Source: the human T2T-CHM13v2.0 reference genome, Homo sapiens. Taken from it: a stretch of DNA of 64,000 nt. Positions 14,591 through 29,585 of the stretch are shown here, one piece after another. The notes under the pieces are model-generated. The model ran no database searches, was not told the DNA's origin, and was given only the letters and a program-made list of their open reading frames with translations. Where the stretch lies: NCBI RefSeq assembly GCF_009914755.1, contig NC_060934.1. One strand, given 5' to 3'. Every line of letters starts with the position of its first letter. Position 1 is the first letter of the stretch. The position numbers and the translations under genes were made by a program.

Positions 14591-14764
14591 CCTTAATTTT
14601 TAATCCAGTATGACAACCTCTGTCTTGAAACAATAATTTAAACAAGTGATAATGTAAGTATTGTTAGTGTTTGATATAAATCTATTATTTCACTGGCTGT
14701 TTGCAAGATAGTCTATCTGTTCTTCGTTTATTTTTTCCACTTTTGGTGCTTTTAAAAAAATTAA

Positions 14765-16180
<1,416 letters not shown>

Positions 16181-16509
16181 ATGAATTGCCTATATTTTAC
16201 AATTTCTTATTAATTCTACTATTGGCTTATATTTATATCCTTTTAGTTTTTCAGCATTTTCCCTAGACTAAGCCTCTACCAACCACTAAATTGTACTCTG
16301 TACATATAATTTTGTCATTTCAAGAATGTTATATAAAAATTCTTGAAGTCATATGAGCACATATTAGTACATATTAATACATACAGTGTACTACTTAAGC
16401 CATAGTACATTTTAGTATGTATACTGCACTATGGCGCGTACACTCATGTCATTTCAGTACAAGTTTACTATATGTATTAGTATGTATCATAAATAGTACA
16501 TAGTTAATT

Positions 16510-17310
16510 ACTGAATCTACCTTCAAATATTTTAGTTTTTCATGTGTCATATATAGATCTTAAAATAGTATAATTCCAATTCCTCTTCCCATTCTTTGTT
16601 GTATTTAGTCATATGCTTTACGCTTCCATAGTCTATAAACCTATATCATCATTGCTTTTTGATTTAAAAAGTCATAATAATTTTATATTTACAATTACGT
16701 ATGACATTTTCAGCTTTATTTCTTTCTAGATTTCTTTTTCTGTGGTTCCTTTAATATCTCTTGTGTGCAGTGCTGTTGGCATAGACTCCTTCAAGGCTTT
16801 GACTGTCTGAAAAGTCTTTATTTATTCCTCTTTTTTAAAAAGACAGTTTCCCTGAGCCTAGAAATCTCTGTTTGTAGATATTATTCTATTATTGTCTGGC
16901 TTTCAGAGTTTGAAATGAAAAATCTGCTTTCATTTTTTATTCTACATTTCAGTATATAAAATATGTTTTTTTTTTCTGGATACCTTCAAGATTTTCTCTT
17001 TGTCTTTCATCTTCAGCAATTTCAATACGTCTAGAATTTGTTTTGTTTTGTTTTTAATTATTCTGGAATTATATTAGCTTCTTGAATCTGTAATTTATGG
17101 TCTTATTATTTTGGAAACTTCTCAGGTATTATTTCTTCAAATAATTCATCTTCCTCTTGCTCTCTTTCTTCCTACTGTGGAAGTCCAATTATTCATACGT
17201 TAGATTATTTGATATTATTTTATGCTTTTTCCATTCTCTCTTCCTTTTTAACTCTTTAATCTTCTTCTGTTTCTATTTGTATAGAGTCTATTGATCTTTC
17301 TTAAATTCAC
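16510..17310 (-). mobile_element. Old L1M ORF1-region fragments
   Basis: T-rich antisense ORF1 motifs (ttcaagattttctctttgtctttc; ggaaacttctcaggtattatttcttcaaata). Confidence 0.6.
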
Positions 17311-17879
17311 ACATACACTATATATATATTGCATTTTATTAGACTTTTATGGATTACAAATTTGGCTTTTTAGTAACTTGTAAATTATTCTATCATATTA
17401 AAATATTGACTTTTCTATTTTAAACCAAAATAATTATTATTGGATAATTTTACTTTACATAATAATTAATGGGTGACATATTCCTGAGAGTTATCTATGA
17501 ATTACATTTTTTGTATATGTAAGTGTGTATATATATGAAATTTCATAAACGAAGAATATTATTTCCTTTCAGTAATAATCTCTTCTATTAATACTGTTCA
17601 TAAATTACTTTCTTAACATATTAGTTAAAAAAATTAATCCCACCATGTGACATTTTGTTGAGGGGACAATTACTCTTGTGCCATAGTCTCATTTTCAGTG
17701 GTTAAAGGATTGTATTTAGGGTTCACTTAAAATGCCTTAATAGAAAGTCACCTCTAATCATATTTCAGCAACAGTCTCTTTACTGCAACTTATTACTATA
17801 TTTTATGTTCTAGTAACTGCAGAGTTAAATGATTTATGAATATGAAGTAAGAATTCCACTCTAACCTACAATCATTGGA

Positions 17880-18290
17880 ACACATCTTGAGTGACATGCT
17901 GTGTTCTCTCAGTTGAAAGCCATCGACAGTTTAAATGTAATGCAATCCAGAATCTGTATGCAGGGTGACAGGAGGCTGGAGGCCATCCCCTCCCAAGGAA
18001 TAATTAATAGAGCAGAAAGTGTCAAAGTCAAGATTCAGCGTAGATGGGGTAGCACTTTCTAAATATCTGCAATATATTTTCTGAGGAGAAAGGAGTAGAT
18101 ACTGTAATGTTTAAGAGAACTGAACTAGTATCATAGATATGAATTCCAAAAGTACTATTTATCTCTATTAAAAATACTTTTTAAAAAGATTAGAGCTGCT
18201 CAAACATTGAAGAGCCTGCCTTCTTAAAGTAGTGAATTTCCAGTCACTAGTAGAGTAAAAATAGAGTCTGGATAACTACCTAACCAGAAT
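17880..18290 (+). mobile_element. L3/CR1 LINE 3' end relic
   Basis: attagagctgctcaaacattgaagagcctgcct...gtagtgaatttccagtcactag...agagtctggataactacct resembles the CR1 3' terminus. Confidence 0.65.
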
Positions 18291-18799
18291 TTCAGCTCCT
18301 ATATAATTTCTAAGCTTCCTAACTACCTCCTACCTCTAAGAATCTTGGTAGAGAAAGAATGCTAAATAATAATTGAATATAAAACAATTTAACTAATAAG
18401 TCCAAGAAACTATGTTACTATTTAGCAGAATCCAGAGGATGTGGGCATTTCTTAAATGAAGTATGAGTTAAATTGGACCTTGAATATTTGGCAACATTTG
18501 AATAGGGTAACAAGGAATGGCAGAACAGGGTATTTTGTGTACAGAATGTCTCAGTTAGGGCTGTTTGTTGCACGAAGCAGAAAGAAACTCTGGATAACAT
18601 AAGCAAAAGGAGAACTGATTGGATGAATATGGAGTAATTTAGTAAATCAAGTGAGAAAAGGTCAGAGATAAGGCAGCTGTGAAGACATTGGTGGCAAACT
18701 CAAAGGCGATCTCTTTGGGCCATTACATTTAATGTGATCATTTTTGCCATTATTTCCCTGTGGTACCCATCTTGAAATTTAAATTCCCCCCAAAATTAA

Positions 18800-21330
18800 G
18801 AAATTAAGAAACATGTTTCCAAATAATGCATGGGTCAAAGAGGATATCACAATGAAAATCAGAAAATATTCTGAGGAAAATAAAAATTAAAAATATGACA
18901 TCAAAATCCACTAGATACAGCTAATAATGTGTCTAAAGGGCCATATTTAGAACTATACAAAGTTGAACGTTAATTATCTAACATTTTATCTCATACAGCT
19001 ATTAAAAGAACATCAAATTAAACTCAAGGAAATAAAGGGTTTGAAAATAAACAACACATATTATTGAAAAGAAGGCAAATATAAAATAAATTTAATTACA
19101 AAGCCAAAATTTGTTCTTCAAAATTAGTATTACATTTTAACAAGAATGATCAGAAAAAAGAGGCAAAAAACACAAATTATCAATATAATATTAGTAATAG
19201 AAAAGAGAATATACCTCAAATATGTAAACATCAAAATATACAATGGAGATATTATTAACAATTTTATTCTGATAATTTTGAAAGTTGAGGTAAAGTACAT
19301 AAAATAATTTAAAATAATCTAATAAGAGTAAAGGAGAAAAAATATGTAACCACTTGTATAGTTGCAGAAAAAACATTGATTAAAAATTAATACTCTTCAT
19401 GATGAAAATTCTCAGTAAATTAGAGATTAAAAAGAGCTTTTCACTTTCACAGTGAGGTTAAGGACAAGAGAAGCATATATACTTTCATCAGTTCAACTTA
19501 CCATTTTCTTAGATATTCCAGTCACCATGACATGACAAAGGGAAAAATGACATGAATATTGTATTTTGAAAACACTCATAAATGTACACATAGAAAAATT
19601 AAAATATATATTTGGCATAAGCCATCATAAGATAAAAATTGAGTTTTATGTAATCACAATAAACAAATAGAAAATTAAACATAAATACCATTTAAGATAT
19701 TACCATGTAACTATTAATAAATCTAGCGAAGTATGTTCAAGACCTTTCCACTAAAAACTATAAAATAGTGAAAATAATAAAGATATAAATTTAGAAGGGT
19801 TGTGCCATGATAATAATTTGTAAGACTCAATATTAATATATGCAGTCCTCTTAATTGGCCAATAGATTTTTTTAAAGTTCCAGTCAACATATCAGTATTT
19901 TATTTTTGTGGGAATTGAGGTGCTAATTCTAAATTTTGTATGAAAATATAAAGGACCTAGAATAGCCAAGGTATTCATAAAGAAGAAATCAATGCTGGGG
20001 AATTTAAGCTATTATATAATCAGATAATATTATAAAATTAAAATAATTAAATTATTATAAACGTTGGAGTAAGGATAGAAAAATGGTCCAATTGAATATA
20101 ATTTTTAAAAGTACAGAGATGGAACCAATACACAAAATCACTTGATTTGTGACAAAAGTACTACTATAATTCTTTGGGGAAATATAGTCTTTTAATAAAT
20201 GATGCTGAGTTACACAGTACACATAAAATTTAATTTTATATTGACCACAGACATAAATGTGAAAGATAGAACAATAAATCTTCAAGAACCAAACATATAG
20301 AATTATTATCTTCATGACCTTGATGTAGGTAAGGATTTCTTATGCAGACTACAAAATCCCTAAACATAAAATGAGGAAAAAAGACAAAATAAACTTCAAT
20401 AAAACTGAGAACTTCTGTTCAACAAAAGACAACATTAAAATAATGAAAATGCAACCATGATTTGGGAAAAGATAGTTGCAATGAATGGTTCAGCAATTGA
20501 CTCATATCTAGAACATATAAAGAATTCCTATAAGTCATTAGAAAATGATTGATAATGTAATAAAAACTGAAGAAAATACGTGAATAGGTACATCACAAAA
20601 GTTGATATCCAAATGGCTGAAAAATTGTAGAAAATTTAACAACATAAGTAGTCATTAGGGAAATATAAAATAAAATTCCACTGACATATCACTACATTCC
20701 CACTCATAAGGTAATTAAAAAGACTAATGATACCAAATATTGATGATGAAATAGAACAGTTTTAATTCTCACTTAATGGTGGTAGACATACAATTTAACT
20801 TATGTGAAAAACCATTTGACACTGTCTCTTAACATAGTATTTTATACATCATATTCTATGATCCAACAATCACACTAATGGGAAAATACTAATGGAAATA
20901 GTTGCATTTGCTCATTCAAAGATATATACCAGCATGTTCACAGCAGTTTTATTCATAATTAGCAAATCCAAATGCTCATCTGCAAGAGAAAACATAAAAT
21001 GTGGTATATTCCTACAATCAGATACTGCACAGCAGAGCAAAAAGACTAGTGCTATATTACATGAATGAACTTCAGACATATTGTTGTCAAAAATGATATA
21101 AGTATATATCTTATGAACACATTCATATAAACTTCAAAAATATACAAAAATATCCTATGATAATAGAAATCAGTATATTGGTTATCTTATGGGTAGTGAC
21201 TGGAAGAGAGCATAAAGCAGTTTCTGTGGTATAGAAAGTCCTCTTTATCTTTAGATAGGGGATAGTTATAGGAGTTTATATAGATGTAAAAAATTATAAA
21301 TGTGGACCCAATACTTGTGTACCACATGTA
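18800..21330 (+). mobile_element. L1ME-like ORF2 + 3'UTR with internal deletions
   Basis: ccaaataatgcatgggtcaaagagga; aaggacctagaatagccaag; agaacttctgttcaacaaaagac; ME-type 3'UTR. Confidence 0.8.
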
Positions 21331-21399
21331 AATAACACATCATTACATGCTGTTTTCTGTGCTTTGGAAATGTGTCTAATGTTACTAGTCTCTTTATAA

Positions 21400-21632
21400 T
21401 ATTTTTTAAATTTGACATACAAAAAGCTGTATAATTTAGGTATACAACATGATGAGTTTAGTGATAAATATACACCTGTGAAACCATCACCACAATCTAT
21501 GCCACAAACCTATCCATCACCTCCAGAAGTTTTCTCCCATTCTCTTATAAATATTATTTGTGATAAGAACACGTGACATAAGATCTACTCCCTTAGCAAA
21601 TGTTTAAGCATGAAATGCAGTATTGTTGACTT
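21400..21632 (-). mobile_element. L1MA/MB-type 3' terminal fragment
   Basis: acacctgtgaaaccatcaccacaatc; aagatctactcccttagcaaa. Confidence 0.7.
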
Positions 21633-21849
21633 TTTTTTTTTTTAATTACATGGAGTGGAGATTGATTGCCCTAGGAGGTTTGTCTCATGGTCACTGCTTG
21701 GCTTGAGCAGGACAAATCGTCTTGAGTAAGAGTCTAAGAAAACCACAATAAGGAAAGAAATTTCTCAAGGAGACTTAAAGACAAGAAAATAGTAGGGATA
21801 TTACACAGACAAAACAATAGATGGCCATCAAATATGGTAATGGCAGATA

Positions 21850-22090
21850 TTAACAATAACTGACATTTATATCTTAAGTAACCATTAAAAATATTCTATC
21901 TCATTTAAAACTAACCACAATCCTATGAGCAAGTACTATTTTTTTTTTTCGTATTTTCCATTTAAGGTCATTAAAACACAGAGAGATTAAGTTTTGTTTA
22001 AGGCTACCTAGCCGCTTAGAGGCAGATTTGGGACTTGAATACAGATGACTTGTTTGGAGGTCTACATTTTGAACCTCTATGCTATGCTGG
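21850..22090 (-). mobile_element. MIR
   Basis: Antisense MIR core (caatcctatgag...acagagagattaag...gggacttgaatacag). Confidence 0.65.
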
Positions 22091-24984
22091 ATCACAATTA
22101 TACATTACATGTTCAAGAGTGTTGAAGAAGACAAGACAGAAAGCAGCAAAAGAAAGCACGGCTGGGGGTAAGGAACACCTGGAGGCATTAAACTATTTCA
22201 TTGTTCCTTTCATTCCGCTTACTGAAGGGTTTCCAACTCTCGATTTTATAAGTCAGAAGCAAATTTATGTCTGCAAATTCACTAAATCCTGAGAGATTAT
22301 AAACATACACGCACATACATTATGGCTTCATTTTTAGTGATTTATCACATATAATTGGAAGTTTAGAGCCTGTATTCTTTCTCAAGTTGAGAATCTCCTT
22401 TTTTAAAATTCAGAGGCTTCAATGTTTGTGTTACCAAAACACTAATTTTGCTATTCGTGCAAAGATTAGAATTTCTACATGAAAGTGGATAAGATACCTG
22501 AGAAAAATCTCATTTCAGCTCCCTCATCATAATATTGAATAGGGTCACATAATTGAAAAGTTATGTAAGCATAGCAAGTGTTATAAGGTGATGGCACAAT
22601 GAGATACCAAAGTTATCATCCTGCTTGCAAATCCAGGCCATTTCACAGTGGAAAAGATGGCAGTTTTGAAAGGGACAAAGAAGAAGTCTTGTGAAATAAA
22701 TAACTCTGCAATGGTAAGTATACCAATGCTCTCAGGAAACTGTATCAACAGTCGTAGTTCAATCTAACCAAAACAAATAGTATAGAACATGGAAAGGTAA
22801 TGTCAAATAAGAGGCTTTATCGAATTGGCTTTCGAAACAGATAAATGTGCAGATGCAAAGCCGATGAAAAGAAATGTTTGTTACTACTCATTGAATGGAT
22901 CAATAGCAAGCTGCTAAGTCCAATTTTCTTATGGCAAGTCCTCACTATAATTCATGACCTGTGTTTTTTTTTAAAAAAATACCATCAGAAATCTAGATTT
23001 GAGTGAAGTTAAGAGTTATACTTACATATTATTAATACATTTGCTGCTGAACACTAACTCAAAAGAAATTGTCATTTTCCTCAAAGGCTCCTAACTTTTA
23101 TGGCCTTTCAATATTCTTACATTTGTTTCATCCGGTTCTACTTAACATAGTCTGACTTTTTAAAAGTTGGCTAAAACCATAGCAGAAACTTACGACCTTT
23201 AGTAATCTTTACAACTTAGATAAACTTTCATGTATTCCTTTGTCGTCAAAGAGCTTCTCAAACTCATTTCCATACTGATGTCAATAATCTCATTCATACC
23301 CACCCTTCTCTTGGGTAACTTGGAGAACAAGGTCAATAAATATCCACATAAAAAAATCTCTCATAGGGAACTACAATGGGTGATAGAAATGAGATGAAAA
23401 TAGAACAAATAATCATATGATTTAAAAATATATCATTTCAATGGAATGTTGAAAAACATATCTGGTACAATAAAGAATGGGAATTTTTGCAAAAGTAATT
23501 TGATTCATTTTCTATTCTCAGTTATTATTTTATCATGTGATGTCTTTCCCAGGGTAGGAAGCAATAACAGAACTTACTTACTAAGGGAAGAGAATCTTTT
23601 ATGTATAGGTAAGATATTCCCCTGGTGTGGAAGAAGCTAGAATAATCAACTGCTTTGATACATTTTAACCAGCTCTTCTGAGATTGTTTTCCTTTCCTAA
23701 CCTTCAAAGAAAGTTCCCATGATGTTACAGACCTACCCAGCAGAAGCCTTGGGAAGGAAGACACTGCTTAACCCTCAATCTTGGGAATCCTGGAGAAGAA
23801 GAGAACACACATCCTGTAATAAAATGAATTTGTATAAAACAGACATCAATAAAAAAGAAAATGCTATGGAACAAAGAAAGCACTAGAGTTATAAAACAAA
23901 GTAAGCTGAGCCCACATAAAGAAGAAAGAGCAACATATGGAGTAAACAGACAATAAAACGACTTCCCAAAGTTTCATAAAAACTCCAAGTTAGTTAGAAG
24001 ATATTAACATGAGAGAAAAAAGAAGAGTGGTCCCTCTTTAATATCCACTATCATATGAGTGGCCTTTTAGGAATTAAGAAGGAAGGAGACAAAGTAAGAT
24101 AGAAAGAAGGAGAGAGGGTAGGAGAAAGAGAAGAAAAGAGTGGGAGGTGGGGGTTGGGAGAAAATAATCTTGGGTATTATAAAAATGAAAGAAAAACCCT
24201 CTTTCTGGGACTGCAGAAATGTTCTGACACATATATTTAGCACACATTCAGTAAATCCATAATTGGAATCTTCTATATGCCAGACACTGGCTAAATTATG
24301 AAATCCAAAAATAAAATATTGCTATAATTGGTCTCAAAAGACTATGATCCAGATTCTGAGTCCTTGCATTAGAAGAAAGAAAAAAGGCCCAGCTCTAGAC
24401 AGATGTAGTCTTAAAAAAAGAACTTGGCAATTGCTTGTTAATGGGTATTTGTCTAAAAGCTGAACCAGATAATCCTCAAGATATCTTCTTTAAGAGGAAG
24501 AAGGATTGAAAGAGAGTTGAACATTGAAAGTTTTACCAATTGAATCTTTTAGAGAGTTTACAAATTCTCAATTTAGTATTATACATATGGTGTTTGAAGA
24601 CGGTCATATTTAAATAATTCAGTCTCAACATCTCTGCCTTATTCTTCCTGTTTTTATTCACATTTCCAGCCTAAATTGGTGCTTTAATTCAGAAGCAGGC
24701 AAATTTGAGTAACTATAATATGATATATTTATTTTAAATTGCATGCAGAATAACATATATTGGTGTAGGAGGGTAGGGGATAAACACACTCTAGAATGAG
24801 AGAGACTTAAGATTTTATCTAAATTCTGCTCTTCACTCAATATGGAGCCTTTAGTAAGTTGTTTAATTCTGTACATATTCTGCATATTCCAATTCTTTAT
24901 CTATAATACTGGAATAATAAATCTATGATGTCCACAGTACCAGATATATTAATGCCCAAACCGTGTTACCCTCGTATCTGTGAA

Positions 24985-25530
24985 GAATAGACCCTCAGAA
25001 ATATGGTTAATAAAATCAATATGTCAAAGGGATACCTGCTCTCCCATGTTTATTGCAGCAATATTTACAATAGCCAAGATATAGAATCAACCCAAGTGTC
25101 TAACAACAGATGAATAAATAAAGAAAATGTGGTGCATATATACAATGGAATACTATTCAGTCACAAAAAGAATGAAACCCTGCCATTTGCAACAGCATAG
25201 ATGAACTTGGAGGACATCATGTAGGTGAAATAAGCCAGATACCAAAAGAAAAATACCATATAATCTCATTCATATGTGAATTATTTTTAAGAGTTGGTTT
25301 CATAGAAGCAATGACTATAACAGTGGTTATCAGAGACCGGGGATAGGTAGTGGAAGGTAAGAAGGGGGAGAGGTTGGCCAAAATGTACAAAGTGACAATT
25401 AAAAGGAATAAGCTCCAGTATTTTATTGCATAGTAGGGTGACGATGGTTAATAGTAATGTATCGTATATTACAAAGTAGATAGAAGAGAGGCTTTTGAAT
25501 GTTCTCACCACAAAGAAATGAGAATGTATA
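24985..25530 (+). mobile_element. L1MA-type 3' fragment
   Basis: ctcccatgtttattgcagca...tacaatggaatactattcag...ttttgaatgttctcaccacaaagaaatg. Confidence 0.85.
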
Positions 25531-25559
25531 ATGTATCAATAATAATACAATAATAATAA

Positions 25560-27900
25560 ATTATTTTAACATCTTTTGCAAGGCACATCTATTGATGACA
25601 GAGTCTCCCATTTTGTCTACAAATGTTTCTCCCTTACTTCTAAAAGATATATTCACTTTAAGAAATCTTATAGAATTCTAAGTTTCTAAGTTGTTTTAAT
25701 TACCTTTTTATTTTAGTTTGTTGTTGTTTTAACTTTCAAAACTTTAAATATTTCACTGTACTCTCTTGTTGCTTGTATAAGTTCTGAAGAGAAGGCCAAT
25801 GGAATACTTATCTTTGTTCCTATATAAAAAGGTGGCACCTGCCATATCTCATTCTGTTTTCTTTCAAGATTTCCTCGTTATAATTTTTCTGCAGGTTGAA
25901 TATGATGTACCTAGGGATGTATTCATTGTTATTTATCCCACTTTGTGTTCTATGAGCTTCCTGGATCTGTGGTTTGATGTCTGTCATTGATTTTAGAAAA
26001 AATTCAGTTATTATTTCAACGAATTCTTCTGTTCCTTCTTTCTTCTTCTTTTGGAATTCTCATTGCAGAAATATTACACCTGTTGTGATTTTTAGAGTTC
26101 TTGGATATTCTGTTCTATCTCTCTTATTCTCATTTGTCTTTGCATTTCAGTTTTCAAAGTTGCTATTACCCTATCTGTAAGCTCACTAGTTCTTTCCTCA
26201 GTCATGGTCATGTATAGTCTATTAATGTGTCCATCAAAGGTGTTTTCAATGTCTGGTTACAATGCTCTTTAAATCTTTAGAATTTCCTTTTGATTCTTTC
26301 TTAGAGTTCCTACCTCTCTGCTTATATCAATCATCTGTTCTTATGTTTGTCTACTTTATTCATTAGAGTCCTTAGCATATTAATCATAGTTATTTTAAAT
26401 TCCCTATTTATATTTTCCAAATCTCTGCCATAATGAAGCCCAGTTCTGATGCTTGTTTTGCCTATTCAAACTATGTTTTTGATATCTTAGTATGCCATGT
26501 GATTATTGGTTGAAAGCTGAACATGACGTACTAGGTTAAAGGAACTGAGATAAACAAGTCTTCAATGTGAGGTCTTTTTTTATCTTTTTTATTTTATTTT
26601 AAATTAAGTTCTAGGATACCTATACAGGATGTGCAGTTTTGTTACATAGGTAAACATGTGCCATGGTGGTTTTCTGCACCTATCAACCCATCACCTATTA
26701 AGCCTCTCATGCATTAGCTATTTCTCCTAATGCTCTCCCTCCCTATACCCCACCTACAGGCCCCAGTGTGTGTTGTTCCTCTCCCTGCGTCCATGTGTTC
26801 TCATTGTTCAGCTCTCATAAGTGAGGACATGTAGAGGTCTTATGTTTATCTGGCTAAGAGTTTACTGTGTTTACTGTTAGCTATAGCTATAGGTTTCAAA
26901 GACAAAATTTTTCTCTAGTGTTCTTGTTTTTGTCTCCCTTGGTTTTTGTTTGTTTGGTTGGTTGGTTTTGTTTTGTGTTTCTAGTGACTTCTTAAATACT
27001 CTCTGGGTTGTGCAGTTCTTTGAGTTGTAATCCTTTCGTATAAAAGCCATACTGATACAGTGGTAAGATGTGGGAGGAAGAGAAGCATTGTATAGTTACA
27101 TGATTATGTCTCAATCATTTACTGAACCCTTGCCTCTGGGTTGTAACCTTCACAACTGTTTTGCTGTTCTCTTCCCACTGCCCCTACCTTCAAAGTAAGA
27201 CATTAAGACTGGTGGGGACTGGAGTTAACGATTTCCAGTCGCCCATGTGGGAGGTTGGAGGGAGCTAGAGTTGGGTATTTTCTACATCCATGTAGAAGAT
27301 CGGAGAAGTTCAAGTTGGGCACTTCTTTTCCCACAGGTCAATGAGGCTCTGGTAAAACCCGAGGTGGTCAGGCTCCAGGGAAATAGTTTATCTTGAGGGC
27401 ATGCATGTGTTAAGGAGAACAAAATACATTGGCTATATTTCAAAATGATTACTTTTTCCCTCCTGCTGCCTGAAGGAGGAGTCGATTTTTCTCTGATGTT
27501 TACTCTGACAACTGGGTGGGACTCCTAGAGGTAAAATTCAGGAAAGCACCGGGGCCATTTTAAGACCAGCCACAAATGGAATTTTTAAATTTCAAGCTTG
27601 TCTATACTGAGCCCCCAGGGTTTCATCAATTAGAGCTGAATTTTTCTATCCCAGTACTGACTCCAGTGGGGGGTTTCTGGTCCTAGGCTTTTGCTCTAGT
27701 AAGCTGTGATTCTCTGTATCTGCCTGTTTTTTCCAATTTTGGAGGCAGTGTTTTGTCCTGTGACCTCAATTTTCTGACAGATGTATTATAAGAACAGTTC
27801 TTGATTTTCCATTTGTTCATCTTTTCTGCTTTTTGGTTGTAACCACAGGACTGACAACTTCCAGGCTTCCTACATGCCACACTGGAAACCAGAAATCTCT
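25560..27900 (-). mobile_element. L1MC/MD-like 5' region and ORF1
   Basis: Antisense ORF1 motifs (gagcttcctggatctgtggtttgatgtctgtcatt); 5'UTR-like end ~27890. Confidence 0.7.
26577..26833 (-). mobile_element. Short 5'-truncated L1PA (about L1PA8-10) 3' end
   Basis: Poly-T, then ggtaaacatgtgccatggtggt...ccccagtgtgtgttgttcc; TSD GAGGTCTT at 26569-26576 and 26834-26841. Confidence 0.9.
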
Positions 27901-29254
27901 CTTAATTTTTTACACCTTCCAATAATCACAAAGTCTTCTCCTTCCCATTTGCCTTCATTTTCCTTTTCCCCAAGTGATTATTTGTTCCTCAGGGTTAACC
28001 ATGATTGATCATTTTGATGTATCTTCCTCTTCAGAGTTGCAGACACTTTCCTCCCCAGCTGCTGTAACTCATGGAAACAAGTTCCTGTTCTAATGAGAGG
28101 ATCATGACCACTTCCATTTTTACCCAAGGTAGCTGTGTGGTCATTGCTTCCTTGTCTTATTAGTGCCTGAATGTTCCAGATCAGATCCTGTACTGGAAAG
28201 AAATTTAGAAGTCCAATGCCCTGGAAGGGCAACCTCATTTCCCAAATAGGAAAGCAGTGCTTAATATGTTGCTGTTATTTTTATCCACTTCACTCTTTGT
28301 AGACACATGACTTTTACCTATGGTTGTTAAAAGCATAGCAGGTCTTTCTGGGTCATGGAAATTCACTTAAATGTGCAAATGAACTTTATTTTATTTTTGA
28401 TTATCAACTCTACCTATCCCTCACTCTATAGTATAAAGGTGAGTATCCCATTAAGCTTAAGAGTATATGAAAATGTCTGTTAGTAGAAGAATTTAATCAT
28501 AGTGAACACGAATGAACATATTTTCTGTTATGATACAGTCATCTTTATTGGCTAAATCTCTTTCTGGAATGTATTATTATACCCTACTTTCTTTGGACCA
28601 TTTAGAATTGGCGGGGGAGTGCAGAGAAGTTTGGTCATGTCTAAGGTAATTGAATGACTGTATAATTTATTTCCAAGCAGAGAGAGAAAAAAAACAATCT
28701 TGATCAGTCTGGATGGTGGAGCAGGTGGAATAAGTGGGGAGTATTCTGGGTGAACTAGGGCTTTTGTTGACTCTATTTCTTACTTCACCCCCAAGGAAAT
28801 GGAACTGATTTCAAATTCTTAGAGCTTTCTTGGGCAAGGCAGAAGCTCTTCCTGCCTCAGCTAGTTACTTATTTGCAACTCAAGGAGACAATTGTTTGCT
28901 AAAAAAGAGAAGTCAGTCAGATCAATATGAGAGCAAAATTGACACTGGGAATCTGTGTCCTATTTAAACAGGAAAATAAATACATCCACTGCAGATGCTG
29001 CAAGACATGGCAAACCTTCGTAGAAAACGAAATATCTGTGCAATTCCCTTCTATTCTGAATAAGTTACAAGAAGAGATTAACAAGATCTATTACAACACA
29101 AAGTCAGCAATACTATCTCTCTCACTCCCAACATCACCTGTGGATGGGAACATTATTCAGTTTTCTTTCCCAACCAGCCATGTTAATATACTTCAAAATG
29201 TGTTGGTTACTAAAAAAATGACTTAAGACTATACCCTTATTTTTAAATCTACAC

Positions 29255-29585
29255 GAGGGGTCCCCAACTTCCGGGCCACACAGTCTATGGCCTGTTAGGA
29301 ACCAGGCCACACAGCAGGAGGTAAGTGGCAAGTGAGCATGAGTGAGTGAAGCTGAGTTCCACCTCCTGTCAGATTCACGGTGGCATCAGATTCTCATAGG
29401 AGCCCGAACCCTATTGTGAACCACGCACGTGAGGGTTCTAGGTTGTGCGCTTCTTATGAGAATCTAATGATAAATGTAATGCGCTTGAATCATCCCCAGA
29501 CATCCCCAGCTCCTCTCATCCCATCCATGGAAAAATTGTCTTCCATGAAACTGGTCCCTGGTGCCAAGAAGGTTGAGGACCGCTG
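29255..29585 (+). mobile_element. MER1 (MER1B-like) hAT-Charlie MITE
   Basis: TIRs gaggggtccccaac / gttgaggaccgctg; 8-bp TSD ATCTACAC/ATCTATAT; internal gattctcataggagc. Confidence 0.9.

Noticed and set aside
28033-28128. Possible exon (ttcctcttcag ... AAG|gtagct)
   Set aside because: Weak donor and stops in all three frames.
28927-29226. 99-aa ORF in unique DNA
   Set aside because: No recognisable homology, promoter context or convincing splice pair; length is compatible with chance.
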